Below are positions 54,108 through 63,998 of a stretch of 64,000 bases of DNA, one piece after another. The position numbers and the translations under genes are program-made. The number at the start of each line of letters is the position of its first letter. Positions within the stretch are counted from its first letter, which is position 1. Origin of the DNA: Ignavibacteriales bacterium (lineage in GTDB: Bacteria > Bacteroidota > Ignavibacteria > UBA10030); assembly GCA_026390595.1 (NCBI GenBank), contig JAPLFQ010000032.1:28215-92214 (forward strand). Reading direction: 5' to 3'. The notes below the pieces were generated by a model, which ran no database searches, was not told the DNA's origin, and was given only the letters and a program-made list of their open reading frames with translations.

Positions 54108-55487
54108 CTACTTCAGATAGAATGTGTAGTAAGGTTCACTCTTCGCCATCCGGAGGATGAGAATTCCGAGCTCGCGAGCGTGGTAGTCTCCCCACATCGT
54201 AGACTCACCGCAAGGGATTTTCTTGCCGGCGGGTACGTGGTCCCAACCGTTCGGCCTGTGGTACACTGAATGCAGTATCAGCCCCTGATGGTTGGGATCG
54301 AGCGAAAGGTACGGCTCCTGAAACACCCGACACGCCACCGCCAGTCCTGCCTGGAGATATTTCTCCCCGTTGACCTTGTCGCCGTTGTTCAGGAGAAAAT
54401 TGCCAAGGCGCACCAGACCCTGTGCGGAGATCGATGCCGCCGAGCTGTCGACCGGCTCGAAGTCATTGAATGGCTCTGCCGGGCGGTCGAGGTAATTCCC
54501 GAGCATTGACAAGCCCGGGGCTCCGGTATCCCAGTACGGAATTCCATCCGTGGGCATGTTGTGGACATAGAAATCAGCTGTTGCGCGAGCCACCGTCCGG
54601 AAGGCACCCAGGATTCTCTCGCTTCCGCCGAAAGGACTTAATGCATCCTGCGGCAAAGCAGAAAGGAACTCGAGCTCCTCGGCATAGCCCAGGAGGATCC
54701 AGGCGAGTCCGCGAGTCCAGGTCGACAACGGAGAGTAGCCCTGTTGCGTGCTCGCACACCTGTAGGACCCATCGTTGGTATTGAAGATCGATTCGTGTGC
54801 CACCCTCCCGCTCACATCGTATGCGTCGCGCCCTTCCCCGAAATAAACATTATATCGCGCTGTCGTTTCGGCATGCTGGAGCAACCTTTCCAGCAGATCA
54901 ATTCTACGATCCTTCTCTCCCATGAGTACGTGGCCGAGCTGATGAGCCACAGCGAGAACCCGGAGAGAACGAATCGTGTCGGCAAACAGTGAATGCGGAC
55001 CATTAAACGAATAAATGTATCCCTGCTGTTCACCAATCGAAGTCCAGCGGGCCGCCTGCACTGCTCCGCTGACCTTGATGGCCAGCTCGTAGAAATTCGT
55101 TTCCCATTGGTCGGCCGGCAACTTCTTCTCACGCATCAAGCGTAGAAGATTGCCGCACGTGCTCATCGTGTTAAACCCATGATCATGAACACCGACATGG
55201 CTCACATGACGGGGCATTTCGCGCAGCGTGCCTTCTCTGCCGATTGCCAGGAAGTCCTTCTCACCAGAGAAGTCGTACTGAAGAACAGCTGACCCGAACT
55301 GGAATCCCTGCGTCCACTCTGTCCAGCCCCTGGAGGTGTATTTGCCGTCAACAGTGAAAACTGGTGATCCTTTCCCCGGATTCCATGCCTTCTGGATGTT
55401 GGAGATCTTCTTTCCGGACAACTCGAACATGCGTTCGACAACCGGAATGAGGGATTTCAATTGAACAGGATGATCGATACGGAGCAT
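54108..55487 (-). CDS. Unsaturated glucuronyl/rhamnogalacturonyl hydrolase-like protein (GH88/GH105 family)
   Basis: 459-aa (alpha/alpha)6-barrel-type sequence with conserved W/D-rich segments (WTRGLAWILLGYAE, DTGAPG…). Cytoplasmic. Adjacent to eda and an SDR. Confidence 0.65.
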   Translation of the reverse strand: MLRIDHPVQLKSLIPVVERMFELSGKKISNIQKAWNPGKGSPVFTVDGKYTSRGWTEWTQGFQFGSAVLQYDFSGEKDFLAIGREGTLREMPRHVSHVGVHDHGFNTMSTCGNLLRLMREKKLPADQWETNFYELAIKVSGAVQAARWTSIGEQQGYIYSFNGPHSLFADTIRSLRVLAVAHQLGHVLMGEKDRRIDLLERLLQHAETTARYNVYFGEGRDAYDVSGRVAHESIFNTNDGSYRCASTQQGYSPLSTWTRGLAWILLGYAEELEFLSALPQDALSPFGGSERILGAFRTVARATADFYVHNMPTDGIPYWDTGAPGLSMLGNYLDRPAEPFNDFEPVDSSAASISAQGLVRLGNFLLNNGDKVNGEKYLQAGLAVACRVFQEPYLSLDPNHQGLILHSVYHRPNGWDHVPAGKKIPCGESTMWGDYHARELGILILRMAKSEPYYTFYLK

Positions 55488-55493
55488 AGTCGG

Positions 55494-56288
55494 TCACAAT
55501 CGTTGGATGTGAAGGCCGCCGTCGACGTAGATCACTTCGCCGGTGGAAAACGGAAATTGGCCCGAGAGGAGCGCTCCAGCTGCCTGGCCCACGTCCTCAG
55601 CCGTCCCCCACCGCTTCAATGGTACCAGTCCCTCAGCGAGCAGCTTGTCATACTTCTCTTTGACACCACTGGTCATGTCGGTCAACATAACACCCGGCCG
55701 GAGTTCATACACCTGCACACCATGATCAGCCAGGCGTAACGCCCACAGCTTGTTGACCATTGCGAGGCCGGCTTTCGAGATGCAGTATTCACCGCGGTTC
55801 AACGACACTGCATCAGCCGAGATCGATGAAACGAACACAACCTTGAAGCCTCCAGGGAGCAGTGGGGATGGAGTTTCCTTGAGCCAGTAGTTGGCCACGC
55901 GCTGAGTAAGGAAAAATGGCCCTTGCAGGTTAACCCTTAGCACTTCGTCAAATGATTCTTCGGTCATCTCGGTCAGGTCTTTTCTTTCCTTCGGGGCGAC
56001 TCCTGCATTATTGACGAGGGCATCGATTCTACCCATTTCCGAAAGGACCTTCTTCACGAGTTTTTTCACCTGCGACGATTCGCTGATGTCTGCCTGGACG
56101 GCCAGGAACTGCTGTTCCTTCGACAACCGGTTTGCCGTGCATTGTGATACGGTCTGCAGAGCAGATTTGCGATCTCGTGCAAAATTCACTGCCACAGAAT
56201 AGCCCCGTTTTGCAGCCTCGACGGCAATTCCCCGCCCCAACCCGCGGCTTGCGCCGGTAATGAGGACAACGGGTATTGTTGTTTTCAT
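55494..56288 (-). CDS. Short-chain dehydrogenase/reductase (KduD/gluconate-5-DH-like)
   Basis: TGASRGLGRGIA Rossmann motif and YxxxK context (EYCISKAGLAM). The start is set at the internal MKTT, since the track ORF extension overlaps the divergent AKR gene region. An alternative ATG lies at 56297. Confidence 0.75.
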   Translation of the reverse strand: MKTTIPVVLITGASRGLGRGIAVEAAKRGYSVAVNFARDRKSALQTVSQCTANRLSKEQQFLAVQADISESSQVKKLVKKVLSEMGRIDALVNNAGVAPKERKDLTEMTEESFDEVLRVNLQGPFFLTQRVANYWLKETPSPLLPGGFKVVFVSSISADAVSLNRGEYCISKAGLAMVNKLWALRLADHGVQVYELRPGVMLTDMTSGVKEKYDKLLAEGLVPLKRWGTAEDVGQAAGALLSGQFPFSTGEVIYVDGGLHIQRL

Positions 56289-56505
56289 TGGGACCATCAG
56301 AATTGGTGGAAGAGGCCGGAGTGAATCATAAGCCGGCCGGCGCAAAGTATGTCCGACCCAAAATACTAAACCAATGTCCGAAAGACAAGGAGAACCCATC
56401 GCTGACGATACCGCGTTTTGCCAGTGGAATCTTTGCGACATTTTAGCTACAATCTTCTCGAACCATCGCACCGATTCCCTCCTCCATTGTCAAAGGACCA
56501 ATGCT

Positions 56506-57714
56506 ATGAACGGGTACGACAGACGGCAATTCCTCAAGTCATCACTTCTCGGATCTTCCGGGGCGATCCTTGCGTCGTCCGCTCTTGGGCAGACGGCAAC
56601 TGCCAACGCTGAGCCATCAGTGCGGCGAACGAAGCTCATCACCCGGAAACTCGGAAAGACAGGAATCGAGGTCCCGATTGTCAGTTTCGGCGTGATGCGC
56701 GCCGACAATCCGGCGCTCGTCAAAACCGCGATGGAGGCCGGTATCGTCCTCTTTGATACCGCGCACGGGTATCAAAGGGGCCGTAATGAGGAGATGCTTG
56801 GGGAAGTACTGAAAGATCAAAAGAGAGATTCCTATATTCTCGCTACGAAAGTCCAGCCCGAGGAAAAGGACAACAAGACGGGAATCCTGAAAGCCGGCTC
56901 TACTGCGAAAGCGTTTCTTGACCGGTTTGATATCAGTTTGAAGAGGCTTAAGCTCGATTACGTTGATGTTCTCTATGTACACGAGATCTCAACCAGGGAA
57001 GGTGTCTTTTTCCCGGCAATGATTGAAGCCTTGCAGGAAGCCAAGAAGTCAGGAAAAGCAAAGCATGTAGGCCTGTCGACACACAGGAATGAACCGGAAG
57101 TCATCCAGGCCGCAATCGAGGCCGGCATCTACGAGGTGGTTTTGACATCTGTTAATTTCAAGCAGGATCACTATGGACAAGTCAAAGAGGCAATAGCAAA
57201 AGCAGCGAAAGCAGGAGTCGGAATCGTTGCGATGAAGACCATGGCAGGCGGATTCCATGACAAAGAACGGACCAAGCCTATCAACTGCAAAGCGGCGCTA
57301 AAGTTCGTGCTTCAGGACGAGAATATCACCACAGCGATACCGGGCAACACGAATTTTGAGCAGCTCGCCACCAATGCCAGCATCAACACCGATCTTGCGA
57401 TGACCGACGAAGAAAAAGCCAGCCTCGCGCTCGGCAAGTCCGAAAGCGGCTTGTACTGCCAGGGATGCGAGCATTGCGTACCGAATTGCCCGAAGGGATT
57501 GCCGATACCCGACATCATGCGCGCGTACATGTATACTTATGGATACAAGCAACCCGAAATGGCGCAGGTTCTGCTCAAGGGGCTCAACGTCTCCGGAAAT
57601 CCATGCAGCGATTGCGGCCATTGCACGGCAGTGTGCACAAAGGGGTTCAATGTAGCCGACAAGGTCGCTGACGTCTCGCGCCTCGTCAACGTGCCAGAGG
57701 AATTTCTAGCGTAG
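56506..57714 (+). CDS. Tat-exported aldo/keto reductase with a C-terminal 4Fe-4S ferredoxin-like Cys-rich extension
   Basis: Start after an AAGGA RBS. Twin-arginine signal (DRRQFLKSSLLGSSGAILASSALG), the AKR TIM barrel (…VLFDTAHGYQRGRNEEMLGE…) and C-terminal CQGCEHCVPNCP…CSDCGHCTAVC. Confidence 0.75.
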   Translation: MNGYDRRQFLKSSLLGSSGAILASSALGQTATANAEPSVRRTKLITRKLGKTGIEVPIVSFGVMRADNPALVKTAMEAGIVLFDTAHGYQRGRNEEMLGEVLKDQKRDSYILATKVQPEEKDNKTGILKAGSTAKAFLDRFDISLKRLKLDYVDVLYVHEISTREGVFFPAMIEALQEAKKSGKAKHVGLSTHRNEPEVIQAAIEAGIYEVVLTSVNFKQDHYGQVKEAIAKAAKAGVGIVAMKTMAGGFHDKERTKPINCKAALKFVLQDENITTAIPGNTNFEQLATNASINTDLAMTDEEKASLALGKSESGLYCQGCEHCVPNCPKGLPIPDIMRAYMYTYGYKQPEMAQVLLKGLNVSGNPCSDCGHCTAVCTKGFNVADKVADVSRLVNVPEEFLA

Positions 57715-57722
57715 GGAACTGA

Positions 57723-58589
57723 ATGAAGAAGAATACTGCAGCACTTGCCGCGGCACTCTTGCTGCTTGTGCTTGAATCGCCGGCTCAGAACACGGCCTCG
57801 ACTTTTCCGCCGATTGCCGGCTGGAAGCTGACGGTCGAAGAAACCGTCTACACACCGAATAATCTCTGGGATGTGATCGACGGGGCAGCAGATTTGTTCC
57901 TCGAGTACAATTTCGTCGACCTCCGCATCGCCCGCTATCAGCGCTCATCCGACATCGAGATTAAAGTCGAGCTTTACAGGCACAAGACGGCAGTCGATGC
58001 TTTCGGAATGTACTCGCAAGAGCGTTATCCCGACTACCATTTCATCAACCTTGGGACGCAAGGATACACAGAGAAAGGTACTCTGAATTTCCTCTGCGGC
58101 GAATACTACGCGAAGATCTCGACGGTTCAGTCGGCCCAGGAGGCTCAGGTTGGCTTGATGGCAATTGGGAAAACCTTGGCGCGTGGTCTCAACAGGCCGA
58201 GTTCATGGCCTGACCTGCTTGCAGCATTTCCACAGAAGGGCAAACAAGCCAATACCGAACAATTCATATCAAAGAACTTCCTTGGCTATAGCTTCTTCAA
58301 CAATGTCTACACGGCCAGTTACATCGAAGATGTCCCGTTCAAGGCCTTCATCATCAGGATGGGATCGGCCGAAGAGGCACGCAAGACGGCCGAAACGTAT
58401 TTCGCGTCCCTGCCGAAAGATGGCGTATCAAAGAGCCAAGGCAGCAGGTATCTTGTTCGCGACCCGCACACCGGACTCATAGAATTTGTCCTCGGTTCAA
58501 ACTCGATTTACGGTGTCATCGGAGCCGGAGACAAAGGCTCGGATGCGCTCCTCGTTGAAATGGGCAGGGGCCTCGGCGAATTGCATTGA
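57723..58589 (+). CDS. Secreted hypothetical protein
   Basis: Signal peptide MKKNTAALAAALLLLVLESPAQN. I recognise no family. 8 nt downstream of the AKR gene. Confidence 0.5.
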   Translation: MKKNTAALAAALLLLVLESPAQNTASTFPPIAGWKLTVEETVYTPNNLWDVIDGAADLFLEYNFVDLRIARYQRSSDIEIKVELYRHKTAVDAFGMYSQERYPDYHFINLGTQGYTEKGTLNFLCGEYYAKISTVQSAQEAQVGLMAIGKTLARGLNRPSSWPDLLAAFPQKGKQANTEQFISKNFLGYSFFNNVYTASYIEDVPFKAFIIRMGSAEEARKTAETYFASLPKDGVSKSQGSRYLVRDPHTGLIEFVLGSNSIYGVIGAGDKGSDALLVEMGRGLGELH

Positions 58590-58674
58590 GAATACGCAGG
58601 ACTAGCCGTTGACAGCAGATTTGGATATACGGGAAGTCGAAATGAATATCGACTTACATCTTGGTCATATTTTC

Positions 58675-58703
58675 TTGACATCTCGCCCCCTTCGTGGTAT
58701 ATT
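58675..58703 (+). promoter_or_regulatory. Sigma70-type promoter (TTGACA-17 nt-TATATT)
   Basis: Near-consensus -35 TTGACA (58675-58680) and -10 TATATT (58698-58703), about 70 nt upstream of the riboswitch aptamer. Confidence 0.65.
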
Positions 58704-58775
58704 AAATGCGGGAGTGCCTTCCGTCCGCGAAGATTTTGGAGGGTGTTAGCCCGGATTCAGAGTAGTTTACATACG

Positions 58776-58897
58776 CCTCTTATTCAGAAAGGCTGAGGGA
58801 ACAGGCCCGTTGACGCCTTAGCAACCGGTCCCGCTGTAGGGGATGCTGGTGCTTCATCCTGCCCTCTCGAGCAATCGAGTGTGGGAAAGATAAGAGA
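58776..58897 (+). promoter_or_regulatory. SAM-I (S-box) riboswitch aptamer
   Basis: CTCTTATtcAGAaAGGCtGAGGGAacaGGCCCgttGAcGCCttaGCAACC…GGTGCTtcAtCCTGC…GAGATAAGAG matches the SAM-I consensus, with the P1 helix closed by CTCTTAT/ATAAGAG. Confidence 0.85.
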
Positions 58898-58911
58898 AGA
58901 AGCTTGTTCAG

Positions 58912-58954
58912 AGCCTCTTCAGGATATCATTTCCCTGAGAGGCTTTTTCGTTTT
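58912..58954 (+). terminator. Riboswitch expression-platform intrinsic terminator
   Basis: AGCCTCTTCAGG-atatcatttc-CCTGAGAGGCT followed by TTTTTCGTTTT, immediately upstream of the thrA RBS (GAGGAG). Confidence 0.75.
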
Positions 58955-59005
58955 ATGGATGCGCTGACAGTTTCCTCCCACAGCAGACGATTTCGAGGAG
59001 ATGTA

Positions 59006-61456
59006 ATGAGAGTATTGAAGTTTGGCGGGTCTTCCGTAGCAGATTCGGAGCGAATTAAGGCGGTGATCGACATTGTGATCGGATCCCAGAAGGCTCATGG
59101 ACAGCTGGCCATCGTCGCATCTGCCCTGCACGGGGTAACAAATCGGCTCATCGAGGCGGGGCAGCGGGCATACCGGGGAGACAAAAGCTACGAAGAGCTG
59201 CTCTCGGCCTTGCAAGAACGCCACAGGAGGGTCGTGAATGATCTGCTTGGGACTCAGGCTGACCTTCGTGCCCATCGATTTATCACCCAATCATTTCAGG
59301 AATTGTCGGAATTCATCCACGGGATCTGGATCCTTGGTGAAATTACGAATCGGACGCTTGATTTCGTGATGAGCTACGGCGAGCAGCTTTCGTGCGTCAT
59401 CATAGCAGAGGCTCTCGTGCAACGAGGAGTACCTGCCAACTATGTCGACAGCAGAACGCTGATCCAAACCGACCTGAACTACGGAGCCGCCCAGGTCAAC
59501 TTCGACCTCACAAACTGGAATCTCCTGAATCATTTCAAGAGCAGAACAGATATTCAGGTCATCACCGGGTTCATAGCCCGCGGCCCCGAAAACGAGACGA
59601 CAACGCTCGGGCGCGGAGGCTCGGACTATACAGCTTCCATCATCGGGGCGGCGCTGGATGCGGAAGAAATCGAAATCTGGACAGATGTCGACGGAGTATT
59701 GACCGCTGACCCGCGGAGAGTTTCTGAAGCGTATTCCCTCGAATCCCTCACGTTTGAGGAAGCGCTTGAGCTCTCTCATTTCGGAGCGAAGGTGATTCAT
59801 CCGCCGACGATGCTTCCCGCTCTCCACAAGAGGATTCCCATCCGGATCCGTAACTCCTTCAACCCCTCCTTCAAGGGAACTCTGATCTGTGAGCGCCCCT
59901 CTGCCGAGACTGAAAGCCCCGTGAAGGGGATCGCCTGCATGGATCGGGTCAGCCTGTTGAAGGTGACAGGTGAGGGCATCATGCGAACAATCGGCATCGC
60001 TTCCAGAATCTTCGCAGCTCTCGCAAGGAAAGAGATCGAAGTGACGATGGTGACGCAGTCTTCTTCAGAGCACAGCATTTGCCTCGCTATTACATCCGAG
60101 CACATACGAACGGCCAGGGAAGTCGTTGAGCTCGAATTTCGCGTCGAAGTGCACCATGGGCAGATTTCTGCGATCACCGTCGAAAACGATTGCTCCATCA
60201 TAGCAATCGTCGGAGACCGGGTGCAAAACATCCCCGGCGTCACGGGCAAGATCTTCGATGCGCTCGGCCGCAACGGCATTACGCTGCGCGCGATTGCTCA
60301 TGGTTCTTCGGATCGAAACCTGACGCTCGTCCTGAAGCAGAGCGATCTTCAAAAAGCGATGAATGCGCTCCACGATCATCTCTTCCTCTCCCGGCAGAAG
60401 ACCCTGAATCTTTTTCTCCTCGGTCCCGGCCTTGTCGGCAGCGCGTTGCTCGAGCTGCTCAAAGACCAAGAGGACTTTGCCCGCACTTCACTTCGGACAC
60501 GCTTCCGGCTCGTGGGCATCGCAAACAGCCGGCAGATGCTCTTTAACGAAAACGGAATCGATCTCTGTCACTGGCGCACGCTCCTGTCCTCCAGCGCCCT
60601 GGCATCATCCCTCTCCGAGTTCACGGCAAAAGTGCGGACCCTGAACGCTGCCAACTCGATCGTCATCGACTGCACGGGGGGTGAACCAGCCGTCAGGCAG
60701 TACCTCGACCTCCTGCAATCCAGCGTCTCCGTGATCACTTCGAGCAAAGTCGCAAACACGCTTTCGAATGAATTCTACCGGCAGCTCCGTTCCACTTCAT
60801 CGAGGCACGGCGCGGAGTTTCGCTACAGCACAAACGTGGGTGCAGCTTTGCCGATCGTGGAGTCGATCAAGAGCATCATTCAGACCGGCGACTCAATCGA
60901 GCGCATCGAGGCGGTTCTCTCGGGGACATTGAGCTACATCTTCAGCTGCCTCAACGCCGGGAGATCGTTCAGCGACGCTGTGCAAGACGCACAGAAGCGG
61001 GGCTACACAGAACCCGATCCCAGGACAGATCTCGGAGGCATCGATGTCGCGCGCAAGCTCCTGATCCTCGTCCGGGAATCAGGCTATGCCATGGAAATGG
61101 ACGACATCACCATGGAGCCATACCTGCCGCAGGAAGTGTTCAACGGAACCGATCTTCCCGCAGCGCTTCGCAAAGCCGATGCCATTCTGGAAAAGCAGAA
61201 AGCGGCCGCGCAAAATCTCGGCCGCAAACTGGTGTTTATCGCGCGATTTGAAGGCGGCCGCGCGCGCGTTGGAGTTGAAGAGATCGGTTCAGACCATCCC
61301 TTCTATCATCTTTCCGGCAATGACAACATTGTATCTCTGACGACCCGCATTCTCTACCGGCAGCCGCTGGTGGTGCGAGGCGGCGGCGCCGGAGCACAGC
61401 TGACGGCATCAGGCCTGTTCAATGATATCGTCCACGTTTCACATTCGATGAACTAG
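59006..61456 (+). CDS. thrA: Bifunctional aspartokinase / homoserine dehydrogenase
   Basis: MRVLKFGGSSVADSERIKAV… aspartokinase N-terminus, ACT domains, and a C-terminal homoserine dehydrogenase domain (LFLLGPGLVGSALLE…). The start follows GAGGAG; the track ORF start 58904 is an extension across the terminator. Confidence 0.9.
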   Translation: MRVLKFGGSSVADSERIKAVIDIVIGSQKAHGQLAIVASALHGVTNRLIEAGQRAYRGDKSYEELLSALQERHRRVVNDLLGTQADLRAHRFITQSFQELSEFIHGIWILGEITNRTLDFVMSYGEQLSCVIIAEALVQRGVPANYVDSRTLIQTDLNYGAAQVNFDLTNWNLLNHFKSRTDIQVITGFIARGPENETTTLGRGGSDYTASIIGAALDAEEIEIWTDVDGVLTADPRRVSEAYSLESLTFEEALELSHFGAKVIHPPTMLPALHKRIPIRIRNSFNPSFKGTLICERPSAETESPVKGIACMDRVSLLKVTGEGIMRTIGIASRIFAALARKEIEVTMVTQSSSEHSICLAITSEHIRTAREVVELEFRVEVHHGQISAITVENDCSIIAIVGDRVQNIPGVTGKIFDALGRNGITLRAIAHGSSDRNLTLVLKQSDLQKAMNALHDHLFLSRQKTLNLFLLGPGLVGSALLELLKDQEDFARTSLRTRFRLVGIANSRQMLFNENGIDLCHWRTLLSSSALASSLSEFTAKVRTLNAANSIVIDCTGGEPAVRQYLDLLQSSVSVITSSKVANTLSNEFYRQLRSTSSRHGAEFRYSTNVGAALPIVESIKSIIQTGDSIERIEAVLSGTLSYIFSCLNAGRSFSDAVQDAQKRGYTEPDPRTDLGGIDVARKLLILVRESGYAMEMDDITMEPYLPQEVFNGTDLPAALRKADAILEKQKAAAQNLGRKLVFIARFEGGRARVGVEEIGSDHPFYHLSGNDNIVSLTTRILYRQPLVVRGGGAGAQLTASGLFNDIVHVSHSMN

Positions 61457-61475
61457 GGAACCCTGAGGAGACTCG

Positions 61476-62375
61476 ATGAGCGTAGTGCTTTCAAACGAAC
61501 ATCGGCATCGCAGCGAACTGGAACAGCGCGGCGTCTTGTGCATTTCCGAACAGGAAGCAAACCGGGCCGACATCCGTCCTCTCCGCGTCGGCATCCTCAA
61601 TATCATGCCGAAGGGAGAAACATACGAACCCTATCTTCTCTTCCCTCTGAGCCGTACGATCATCCAGATAGAGCCTGTTTGGATCCGTCTCCACTCACAC
61701 GCATACAAGAGCACTGACATTGATCATCTTGACCAGTACTACGATTATTTCGAAAATGCGATCGCGAAAGCGCCGCTTGACGGCCTTGTCGTGACCGGCG
61801 CTCCGGTCGAGGAAATGGAGTATGAGGATGTGAGCTATTGGGATGAGATCACGACCATACTGACGTTCGCGCGTCAGAACATCACCTCCACGTTCGGTAT
61901 CTGCTGGGGAGGCATGGCCCTGGCCAAGATGGTCGGAATCGAAAAGGAAATGTTCAGGGAAAAGCTCTTCGGGGTGTATGAAACCCGCAACCTCGATCGG
62001 TCACATCCCATCACTGGCGAGTTGGATGACATGTTCTGGTGCGTGCAAAGCCGGCACTCGGGTATGTCCGATTCCGTACTTGAACGCGAGCGATCGAAGG
62101 GCAGGATCAACCTGCTGGCTCATTCGAACAACGGCGGGTATACGATTTTCGAAAGCTCCGACCGGCGATACCTGATGCACCTGGGACACCCGGAGTATGA
62201 AGCACAACGCCTGGTGGAGGAATATCGGAGAGATGCTGCTCTGGGAAGGTCAGATGTACCGCTGCCTGCCAACCTCGACATCAACAACCCGGTCAACAGA
62301 TGGCGAAGCCATGGGCTGGAATTCTTCGCACAATGGATCCGGTATATCTACGAACCGACGAGCCGGGAGGGCTGA
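61476..62375 (+). CDS. metA: Homoserine O-acyltransferase (MetA family)
   Basis: LRVGILNIMPKGETYE… and the active-site region GICWGGMA…, with H/E downstream. Confidence 0.9.
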   Translation: MSVVLSNEHRHRSELEQRGVLCISEQEANRADIRPLRVGILNIMPKGETYEPYLLFPLSRTIIQIEPVWIRLHSHAYKSTDIDHLDQYYDYFENAIAKAPLDGLVVTGAPVEEMEYEDVSYWDEITTILTFARQNITSTFGICWGGMALAKMVGIEKEMFREKLFGVYETRNLDRSHPITGELDDMFWCVQSRHSGMSDSVLERERSKGRINLLAHSNNGGYTIFESSDRRYLMHLGHPEYEAQRLVEEYRRDAALGRSDVPLPANLDINNPVNRWRSHGLEFFAQWIRYIYEPTSREG

Positions 62376-62445
62376 GGTGGTGGATGAAGACCAGTATTCT
62401 CTTGTTTCGTTCCGCCCTTTGCGGATGCCTCTTCCCGAGCCGCTG

Positions 62446-63612
62446 CTAGACCTTCAGATCCGGCACGTCCACCCACTTGCGCTCTGACCAGCTCTTCAGC
62501 GCCAGCTCAGCGAGTTGAATTCCTTTCGCCCCTTCAAGAAATGTCCACGGGAATGGCTCGTTGTTCACAACGTGCTTCAGAAACAACTCCCATTGCATCT
62601 TGAACGCATTGTCAAACGGCTGCGGAGCTGCCACATCCTTCCAACCGGCGAAGTAATCGACAGGATTTTCTATGTCCGGGTTCCAGACGAATGTCGGAGT
62701 CTCGGCGGCACTCATAGCCACGCACTTGTGCAGGCCGGCAACGGCTGATCCGTTTGTCCCATCAACCTGGAGCGTGAGGAGATCATCGCGCCGGACGCGC
62801 ACGGACCAGGAAGAATTGAAGTTGCAGACAACCCCGTTGGCACAGAGAATCGTGGCATATGCAGAATCGTCTGCCGTGCATCGATACTCCTTACTCTCCT
62901 CGTCGAGCCGGGTGTCCATGTGGGTCGCGCCAAGACACGAGATCGAGGAGACGCTTCCGAAAAGATTGTCGATTACATATCTCCAGTGACAGAGCATATC
63001 GGTGATGATTCCGCCCCCGTCTTCCTTCCGGTAGTTCCAGGAGGGCCGCTGACAGGGCTGTGACTTACCATCGAACACCCAGTACCCGAATTCCCCCCGC
63101 ACGGAGAGAATCTTTCCAAAGAAGCCGGTATCGATCAGGTATTTCAGTTTCAGCAATCCTGGCAGCCACAATTTGTCCTGGACGATCCCATTCTTCAAAC
63201 CGGCCGCCGCTGCCGCTCTCGTAAGCGCCATCGCCTCGTCAAAACTCGATGTAATCGGCTTCTCGCAATAGAGTGATTTCCGTGCTTTGATCGCTTTGCT
63301 GACCGCCGCGCTGCGCTGGTTGGTGGTCTGTGCGTCGAAATAAATAGCATTGGAAGAATCGGCGAGGCAGGCATCGAGATCGGTCGAATACCGTTTCAGG
63401 CCGTACTTCTCCGCCATCGCTTTAAGTTTCTCTTCGTTTCGTCCAACGAGAATAGGATCAGGCATGATCACATCACCTGACTTTGTCTTCACACCACCTT
63501 GATCCCGGATGGCAAGTATGGACCGTACCAGATGCTGGCGGGTACCCATACGACCAGTGACGCCATTCATGATGATGCCGACGGTATGAATCCGTGGATT
63601 TTCCATTATCAT
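62446..63612 (-). CDS. Gfo/Idh/MocA-family NAD(P)-dependent oxidoreductase
   Basis: N-terminal Rossmann (VGIIMNGVTGRMGTRQHL) and the EKP motif (LYCEKPITSS). Confidence 0.8.
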   Translation of the reverse strand: MIMENPRIHTVGIIMNGVTGRMGTRQHLVRSILAIRDQGGVKTKSGDVIMPDPILVGRNEEKLKAMAEKYGLKRYSTDLDACLADSSNAIYFDAQTTNQRSAAVSKAIKARKSLYCEKPITSSFDEAMALTRAAAAAGLKNGIVQDKLWLPGLLKLKYLIDTGFFGKILSVRGEFGYWVFDGKSQPCQRPSWNYRKEDGGGIITDMLCHWRYVIDNLFGSVSSISCLGATHMDTRLDEESKEYRCTADDSAYATILCANGVVCNFNSSWSVRVRRDDLLTLQVDGTNGSAVAGLHKCVAMSAAETPTFVWNPDIENPVDYFAGWKDVAAPQPFDNAFKMQWELFLKHVVNNEPFPWTFLEGAKGIQLAELALKSWSERKWVDVPDLKV

Positions 63613-63653
63613 TAAACTCCAGACAAGTTGTCAGAAACTGCGAACTTTGTTTG

Positions 63654-63998
63654 TCAAGGTTTGTCCGTGCATTGCGGACACGCCCCCGGAGGGAGCGGCG
63701 GCGCCTCGACCCCCGCCTTCGGGAGTGTCCCATCGAGCTCCTGCCTCCAGTGTGCAACATCGCCGGCCGGACCGTAGCAATACATCATGTGGAGGGGCGT
63801 GTCTCCCATGTTCGTCAATTGGTGGAATACTCCGCTGGGGATATACACAGCCTGCCCCGCATTCAATATCTGTCGCTCTTCACCGAGGCACATCTCGGCG
63901 GTTCCATTTACGATGAAGTAGACTTCTTCCTGTTCCTGGTTATGCCATGGGACCTGTCCCCCTTTCGGTTGCAGCGTCACGTATCCCATGCTGAACAT
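63654..63998 (-). CDS. Cupin-domain protein (may extend beyond the window edge)
   Basis: Cupin motif 2 (GQAVYIPSGVFHQLTN) and a motif 1-like region (PWHNQEQEEVYFIVNG). The ATG is 2 nt from the window end, so the true start cannot be verified. Confidence 0.6.
   Translation of the reverse strand: MFSMGYVTLQPKGGQVPWHNQEQEEVYFIVNGTAEMCLGEERQILNAGQAVYIPSGVFHQLTNMGDTPLHMMYCYGPAGDVAHWRQELDGTLPKAGVEAPPLPPGACPQCTDKP

Noticed and set aside
58904-59005. N-terminal extension of the thrA ORF
   Set aside because: It runs through the riboswitch terminator and U-tract. The aspartokinase homology and a GAGGAG RBS begin at 59006.
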